Source of the DNA: a bacterium
GTDB taxonomy: Bacteria > SZUA-182 > DTGQ01 > JAFGSM01
Direction: 5' to 3'
Assembly (NCBI GenBank): GCA_049472315.1
Contig: JBLIRN010000002.1
Location: forward strand, 1 to 39,278
DNA length: 39,278 nucleotides
The notes beneath the pieces were generated by a model. It was not told where the DNA came from. It worked only from the letters and a program-made list of their open reading frames with translations, and made no database searches. Position 1 is the stretch's first letter. Every line of letters starts with the position of its first letter. Position numbers and translations under genes: made by a program. Positions 34,206-39,278 of the stretch are shown here, piece by piece.

Positions 34206-36137
34206 GTGAATCATATATATACCAAAGTAAGGCGGATGATGAAAGCGAAGGACAGCTTACTATTGAACCCATTCAAAAGGGTGAGCAAATCTTCGGCCAT
34301 GTGCTCCATGCAGCGATTTGCCCTCACCATGCTGACCCTTGCATCCTTCTGTGTGTTTCTCTTTTGCCTCTCGGCGGCCCCGCCCCGGGTGCTTGCATCC
34401 TCCTCATGCCCGCTCGTCAAGGAGATCACCGCATTCTTCCCCGTATTGGAGGGATACGTCGTGGAGGTAAAGGGGGAGAATATCTTCCTGGATCTGGCCA
34501 AGGATTCAGAGGTGCGGAAGGGGATGGAATTCCTCTGCATCAGGGAGGGAGAGGAGTTCACCCATCCGATCACCGGGGCGGTGCTGGGACGCTTCGAGGA
34601 CAAGCTCGGATACGTGCAGATAACGGAGATAATGGAGAGCTACAGCATAGGAAAACTGGTCCGTAATTTCAGCGGCAAGGTGGTCAAACGCGGGGATAAG
34701 GTGAGGATCACCTCGGCGCGGATACCCGTTGCCTTTCCCCCTGAATCGCCACAGGATCCGATTTTGGAGGCGATGAAGGAAGAACTCAGGAAGAGCGGAC
34801 GGTTTTCCATCGTATCCAGGGAGGGGATCATGGCCGCTCTCGCCGAGGCCGGATACCCCGATCTCCAGGGGCTCACCACCAGGCAGATAATGGATCTTTC
34901 GGAAAAACTGGATATTTCCGCCATCATCTATCCCTCCGAGCAGACGTCGGGTACGGAATCGATCGTTACCGCACGCATCGTCTCCGGCCGCACCGGAACG
35001 GTCATGGGCCAGGTGAGCGGACCGTGCACGGTCACTCAGGGGGCAACCCCGTCATTCTCCCCGGAGGATGTCGAGGTGACATCGCCTGAAGCGCCGGGCG
35101 CCGTTGATCGATTCAGCGGCCCTCTCCACGGTGGCATTGCGTCTCTGGCCCGTCTCTCCCAGGAACTCCCCGTATCCATAAGGCATATGGCAGTGGGAGA
35201 CGTAACCGGAGACGGGCGGGAGGAGATCTGCGTCAGCGATGGGCGGGATATTTCCCTCTACACGTGGCAGGATGACGGCACGCTGCAGCCTGTCTTTGTC
35301 CAAAAAGGTGGTTCGTCCGAGGATCACCTCTCCCTTGATATCGCCGATATCAACGGGAATGGACGCGCCGAGATCTTTGCCAGCAGCCTGGAGATGGATT
35401 CCCTCCAGTCGTTTGTCCTGGAGTGGAACGAGGGAAAGCTCACCAGGATCTGGGAGCGGGTGCCGCTCTTTTTGAGGATCATTTCCGTCTACCCCGGCGA
35501 CAACGTCCTGGCTGGCCAGGCCATGGGGATGGCTGAGCCGTTCGACCCGCGGGTGACCAGGCTTTCCTGGGCAGGCAACCGCTATGAGACTGCGGAGGAT
35601 ATCGACCTTCCCTCCTCCGTCAGCATCCTCTCGGTCGGCAAGGCGGACCTGGACGGGGATGGCATCGAGGAGGTGGTCGCCTTGGACAAGTACCTCAGGG
35701 TATATCGGAATGGGAAGAGGGTATGGAAGAGCGAGGAGGAATACGGACAGAGGACGCTGTTTTTCGCGCATACCCCGAAGGGCGCCCTGATAACCACCGA
35801 TGAGGAGAATCGTATCTATCTCCCCAGCCATCTGAGGATTCAGGATATGAACGGCAACGGAAGACCGGATATCCTGCTGATCAAGAACATTTCATCCACC
35901 GGGGGCCTTTTCCCCCAGAGTCAGCTCTTTCGCAAGGGGGAGGCCTGTCTTATCGAGTGGAACGGTATCTCGTTCAGCGAGACGTGGTGTTCCGGACCAA
36001 TAGACGCATATTTGACTGATGTCGGAATTGGTGATATAAATGCTGATAAGTCCGAGGATCTCATCCTGTCCATGGTTTTGGTGAGCGGCATCGGAAAGTT
36101 CTGGAGGTCGGATCCGAGCAAGATCCTTATTTATTAG
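34206..36137 (+). CDS. FG-GAP/VCBS repeat-containing exported protein
   Basis: Repeated Ca-binding loops GDVTGDGREEI, ADINGNGRAEI, ADLDGDGIEEV, QDMNGNGRPDI, GDINADKSEDL; hydrophobic signal-like segment. The true start may be a downstream ATG (34236-34308). Confidence 0.85.
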   Translation: MNHIYTKVRRMMKAKDSLLLNPFKRVSKSSAMCSMQRFALTMLTLASFCVFLFCLSAAPPRVLASSSCPLVKEITAFFPVLEGYVVEVKGENIFLDLAKDSEVRKGMEFLCIREGEEFTHPITGAVLGRFEDKLGYVQITEIMESYSIGKLVRNFSGKVVKRGDKVRITSARIPVAFPPESPQDPILEAMKEELRKSGRFSIVSREGIMAALAEAGYPDLQGLTTRQIMDLSEKLDISAIIYPSEQTSGTESIVTARIVSGRTGTVMGQVSGPCTVTQGATPSFSPEDVEVTSPEAPGAVDRFSGPLHGGIASLARLSQELPVSIRHMAVGDVTGDGREEICVSDGRDISLYTWQDDGTLQPVFVQKGGSSEDHLSLDIADINGNGRAEIFASSLEMDSLQSFVLEWNEGKLTRIWERVPLFLRIISVYPGDNVLAGQAMGMAEPFDPRVTRLSWAGNRYETAEDIDLPSSVSILSVGKADLDGDGIEEVVALDKYLRVYRNGKRVWKSEEEYGQRTLFFAHTPKGALITTDEENRIYLPSHLRIQDMNGNGRPDILLIKNISSTGGLFPQSQLFRKGEACLIEWNGISFSETWCSGPIDAYLTDVGIGDINADKSEDLILSMVLVSGIGKFWRSDPSKILIY

Positions 36138-36162
36138 GGCCAGGGGAAATGGATGCCGAGAC

Positions 36163-36191
36163 TTGACAATGCCCCTACCCGGTGTTATATT
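36163..36191 (+). promoter_or_regulatory. Sigma70 promoter of the porin gene (TTGACA-17-TGnTATATT)
   Basis: TTGACA 36163-36168, TG 36183-36184, TATATT 36186-36191. Confidence 0.6.
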
Positions 36192-36560
36192 CTGTGTATT
36201 TTAAGAATGTTATCACATAATCATCGTGGCTGAGGCTCTAAAAGGGGGTAGTGAAGGGGGTGGTCGATGGCCTTTAGCGTCATGGTGTAGACAAAGAAGA
36301 AGGTTATTACCAACCAGACACCCACTTGATATGCCTTTACGAGCAAGGACAGGAGAGCCCTTAATCCTTTAATGTGATACCAAGGTTTCGAGACGATTCT
36401 TACCACGAATAAACAAATCCTCATAAAGGAGGTGGTGGCCCAGGCAGACACCTCATTGATCTCTTAATGAAATGCAATGTTTTTTCATCATTTTTGATTG
36501 TGGGTTAAATTTGCAGGCAGTATGTTCAAGCTCGCGGATGTCAATGTAAGGAGGAAAGGG

Positions 36561-37898
36561 ATGAAAAAGGTACTCTATTTTACCTTTGCAGTACTTGTGT
36601 TGTCTGTGATGTGTTTCAGTGTGATGCCTGCCAGGGCAGACGTAACCTTCAATGGCGAGTACAGGGTCAGGGGCTTTGCCTATGACATCGACGGTAGCGA
36701 CGATTCGACCGGAAATCGTTCCGATTCCCAATCTTTCTGGGATCAGCGGTTCCGTCTCTACATCACCGCGCAGATGAGCGACAACCTCAAGGGCGTTATC
36801 CGGATGCTCGCCCCCCATCATAATCCGTGCGACCTGGGTGGCGGCACATATCCCGGCAATGTATGGGGCGATGTGTGGGAAAAACCGGTCCTGTGGGACC
36901 TCGCCTACATGGATTTTGATGTGCCCGAGTTGCAGTTGAATGCCAAGGTTGGCCGCCAGGGCATCGATCTCGGGAACAAGATCGTCCTGGGAAGCTGCAA
37001 GACCTACGACTCATTGATTCTGACCAAGATGGTCCAGAACATGACCCTGTCGGTCCTGACCGCGAAGTTTTATGAAGGCGACAAGGGTGCAACCGCCACT
37101 GGATTCGATGACGAGGATATCTACGGCGCGGTACTGAATTTCGCCGCGGCGCCCAACGTGAACATGGGTGTATGGGCAGTCATGGGCAAGGATGGCGACA
37201 CGGTCAACGGCGGGTATATGTTTGACGATGCAACCCTGACCACCAATCCCACCGCCGATGCATTCTGGTTCGGCGCCACCGCAGCCATGGATTATTCACC
37301 GCTGAAGATCAACCTGGAATTCGACTACAGCAAGATCACCCTCAACGGCATAAACGCCAATCCGGACTTCGAGATGACGGGGTATGCCTTCTTCGCCGAT
37401 GTGAGCACCGATATCGGCGTTGCCAAGGTGGGAGGCAATCTCCTCTATACCACCGGTGACGACAAGGCGGACGGCGATGCCACAAAATCCGATCTCTTCG
37501 TCCCCATCAGCAGTCATTTCTCAGAGAGAAACGACTACGACGAACTCGTGGTGAGACGATACCTGTATGGAAACGGCAACGGCCTTCTGGACGGCGACCG
37601 CTCCATCGGCAACATCCTCGCCATCCAGTTGTATGCTACAAAGGACCTCACCCCGAAGCTGAGCGGCAAGGCCAGCATTCAAAACTACAGCTTCAACCAG
37701 GACCCGGACGGCGACGGTCCCGCTAATCCGATGGACAAGGCCATTGGCCAGGAAATCGATGTCAAACTCGCCTATAAGGTCAATAACAATCTTACCGTCA
37801 CAGGCACCGGCGCCTACTGGATCACCACCGATGATATATTCGGAACGGACAACGAGAACTGCTGGTTCCTGAAGCACGAGATCCTCTATAAGTTCTAA
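36561..37898 (+). CDS. Outer-membrane beta-barrel porin (OmpJ/alginate-export-like)
   Basis: Signal peptide MKKVLYFTFAVLVLSVMCFSVMPARA, then DVTFNGEYRVR..DQRFRL..KVGRQ..GQEIDVKLAYKV and a terminal Y-K-F beta-signal; AAGGAGG RBS. Confidence 0.85.
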   Translation: MKKVLYFTFAVLVLSVMCFSVMPARADVTFNGEYRVRGFAYDIDGSDDSTGNRSDSQSFWDQRFRLYITAQMSDNLKGVIRMLAPHHNPCDLGGGTYPGNVWGDVWEKPVLWDLAYMDFDVPELQLNAKVGRQGIDLGNKIVLGSCKTYDSLILTKMVQNMTLSVLTAKFYEGDKGATATGFDDEDIYGAVLNFAAAPNVNMGVWAVMGKDGDTVNGGYMFDDATLTTNPTADAFWFGATAAMDYSPLKINLEFDYSKITLNGINANPDFEMTGYAFFADVSTDIGVAKVGGNLLYTTGDDKADGDATKSDLFVPISSHFSERNDYDELVVRRYLYGNGNGLLDGDRSIGNILAIQLYATKDLTPKLSGKASIQNYSFNQDPDGDGPANPMDKAIGQEIDVKLAYKVNNNLTVTGTGAYWITTDDIFGTDNENCWFLKHEILYKF

Positions 37899-37921
37899 GC
37901 GGTTCTTCTCGATAGTGCACG

Positions 37922-37956
37922 AAAAGGCCCCTGGGGATTATCCAGGGGCCTTTTTT
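37922..37956 (+). terminator. Rho-independent terminator after the porin gene
   Basis: AAAAGGCCCCTGG-GGATTAT-CCAGGGGCCTTTTTT. Confidence 0.9.
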
Positions 37957-38050
37957 AATCAGGGATTCCTCGCATGGACAAAAACGCAAAAGAAAACCCC
38001 ATCCCCTTCTCAATACAATGTCTTAGTACCTCACCCATACCATTTCCATC

Positions 38051-38079
38051 TTGACCCGCAGGTGGCAAAATGCTACTAT
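38051..38079 (+). promoter_or_regulatory. Sigma70 promoter of ilvE (TTGACC-17-TGnTACTAT)
   Basis: TTGACC 38051-38056, TG 38071-38072, TACTAT 38074-38079. Confidence 0.6.
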
Positions 38080-38142
38080 ATAAAAATATTAGAGCTATTC
38101 TTATTGTAAAACCTATATGCATCCCTGTCAGGAGGGCGTCCC

Positions 38143-39054
38143 ATGATGTATACCTATTTTAACGGCGATTTTGTGGCGTCGGACAAGGCCATGATCAATG
38201 TGCGGAACAACAGCTTCAACTACGGCACCGCCATCTTCGAAGGCATCAGGGCATACTGGAACAATCAGCACGGCCAGATGTACGTCCTCAAGATAAAGGA
38301 GCACTACCAGCGATTCATGCAGGGAAGCAGGTTTCTCAACTTCAAGGTCGATTATACCCTTGAGGATTATTGCGCCATTACCGTGGAATTGATCAAGAGA
38401 AACAACCACCGGGAGGATGTGTACATCCGCCCCCTGGTCTACTACACCCCGGACACAATATCCCCGAAATTCACCGGATACGAGGCGGGATTCACCGCCT
38501 ATACCATCCCCATGGGCGACTATATCGACGTGTCCAAGGGAATCAGGGTGTGCGTGTCCACATGGCGGAGGATTTCGGATAACATGGCCCCCGCCCGGTT
38601 CAAGCTATGCGGGGTCTACGTGAACTCGGCCCTCGCCAAGACGGAGGCGCTGGAGCGGGGGGTTGACGAGGCGATCATGCTGAACGGGGATGGGCATGTG
38701 GCGGAAGGGAGTGCAGAGAACATCTTCATCGTGCGCAACGGAAGACTGATCACCCCATCGGTCTCAGACGACATCCTGGAGGGGATCACCCGCCGGGCCC
38801 TCATCGGCCTGTGCAGGGATGACCTGGGGGTCGAGGTCATCGAGCGGAAGATCGACCGCACGGAGCTGTACATCTGCGATGAGGCCTTCCTGTGCGGCAC
38901 CGGCGCCCAGGTATCTCCCATCGTAGAGGTGGACGGACACCCTGTGGGAGAGGGAATTGTAGGACCCATCACCAAGAAAATCCAAAAACGATATTTTGAC
39001 ATCGTGAAGGGAAATGACGAGGCGTATCGGGATTGGCTGACCCCGGTGTATTAG
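38143..39054 (+). CDS. ilvE: Branched-chain amino acid aminotransferase (PLP class IV)
   Basis: FNYGTAIFEGIRAY, YIRPL, KLCGVYVNS, AEGSAENIF, ILEGITR, DEAFLCGTGAQV. Confidence 0.95.
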   Translation: MMYTYFNGDFVASDKAMINVRNNSFNYGTAIFEGIRAYWNNQHGQMYVLKIKEHYQRFMQGSRFLNFKVDYTLEDYCAITVELIKRNNHREDVYIRPLVYYTPDTISPKFTGYEAGFTAYTIPMGDYIDVSKGIRVCVSTWRRISDNMAPARFKLCGVYVNSALAKTEALERGVDEAIMLNGDGHVAEGSAENIFIVRNGRLITPSVSDDILEGITRRALIGLCRDDLGVEVIERKIDRTELYICDEAFLCGTGAQVSPIVEVDGHPVGEGIVGPITKKIQKRYFDIVKGNDEAYRDWLTPVY

Positions 39055-39067
39055 AAAGGGTTGGCTT

Positions 39068-39170
39068 AAGAGGCCCATAAGCCGAGTTCTGTTCCCCGGA
39101 TAACTCCGGGGTGATGATCATTAATCTGGGACACCGGTTACCCGGTGCCTCGAGCGACCTACCCGAAGGC
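39068..39170 (-). ncRNA. rnpB: RNase P RNA (type A), 3' portion only
   Basis: Minus strand reads GCCUUCGGGUAGGUCGCUCGA-GGCACCGG GUAA CCGGUGUCC (P18 with GNRA loop)-CAGAUUAAUGAUCAUCA-CCCCGGA GUUA UCCGGGG (P19)-AACAGAACUCGGCUUAU-GGGCCUCUU, the conserved 3' core of bacterial RNase P RNA. Confidence 0.9.
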
Positions 39171-39278
39171 ACCCAGCCGTTGCAAAACAGTTTTCTGAAA
39201 TTATCGGTGAGGTTAAAGGATGCCGGATCATCAAATCCGATGATACCTTAAAACCTGACCTTCAAATATTCGAGATAA
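39171..39278. mobile_element. Possible MITE/IS end inserted in rnpB (P16/P17 region), truncated by the window end
   Basis: RNase P similarity stops at 39170. The next 108 nt are more AT-rich, begin CCCAGCCGTTGCAAAAC (IS-end-like) and fold into a long imperfect hairpin. Confidence 0.4.

Noticed and set aside
36205..36385. 6S RNA
   Set aside because: The rod-like size fits, but no convincing central bubble or conserved 6S sequence was recognised, there is no terminator, and the gene context is atypical.
30517..39278. Functional link between archease-RtcB and splicing of the rnpB insertion
   Set aside because: Only proximity (about 7 kb) supports it; no bulge-helix-bulge or endonuclease is evident and the insertion's far end is not visible.

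Overview
This 39.3-kb window is chromosomal DNA from a moderately GC-rich diderm anaerobe. The gene set looks Desulfobacterota/Nitrospirota-like, but that taxonomy is inference. Left arm: a partial multiheme cytochrome c missed by the ORF track, a flavin reductase, glnA, metG and a minus-strand operon (heme-c/HAMP/CBS sensor, lytic transglycosylase, pgsA, plsY). Centre: a ~15-kb Mrp/Mbh-type cation-antiporter locus in the order mrpE-F-G-DUF4040-MbhE-like-B-C, followed by four MrpD/NuoL-type subunits and no hydrogenase or NADH module. A His-rich membrane protein, a REC-GGDEF protein, a HAMP histidine kinase and an orphan substrate-binding protein are embedded in it. Its 5' leader forms an H-type pseudoknot resembling a Na+ (DUF1646-type) riboswitch, and its last antiporter subunit has a repeat-expanded lateral-helix region. 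Right arm: a coiled-coil protein, polysaccharide deacetylase, rseC, a likely PPi-dependent PFK, archease, rtcB, an SH3 protein, a 76-bp hairpin-rich tandem repeat, an FG-GAP protein, a porin, ilvE and the 3' part of RNase P RNA, which appears interrupted by a hairpin-forming, MITE-like insertion at the window end. All calls come from reading motifs by eye; no database searches were run.
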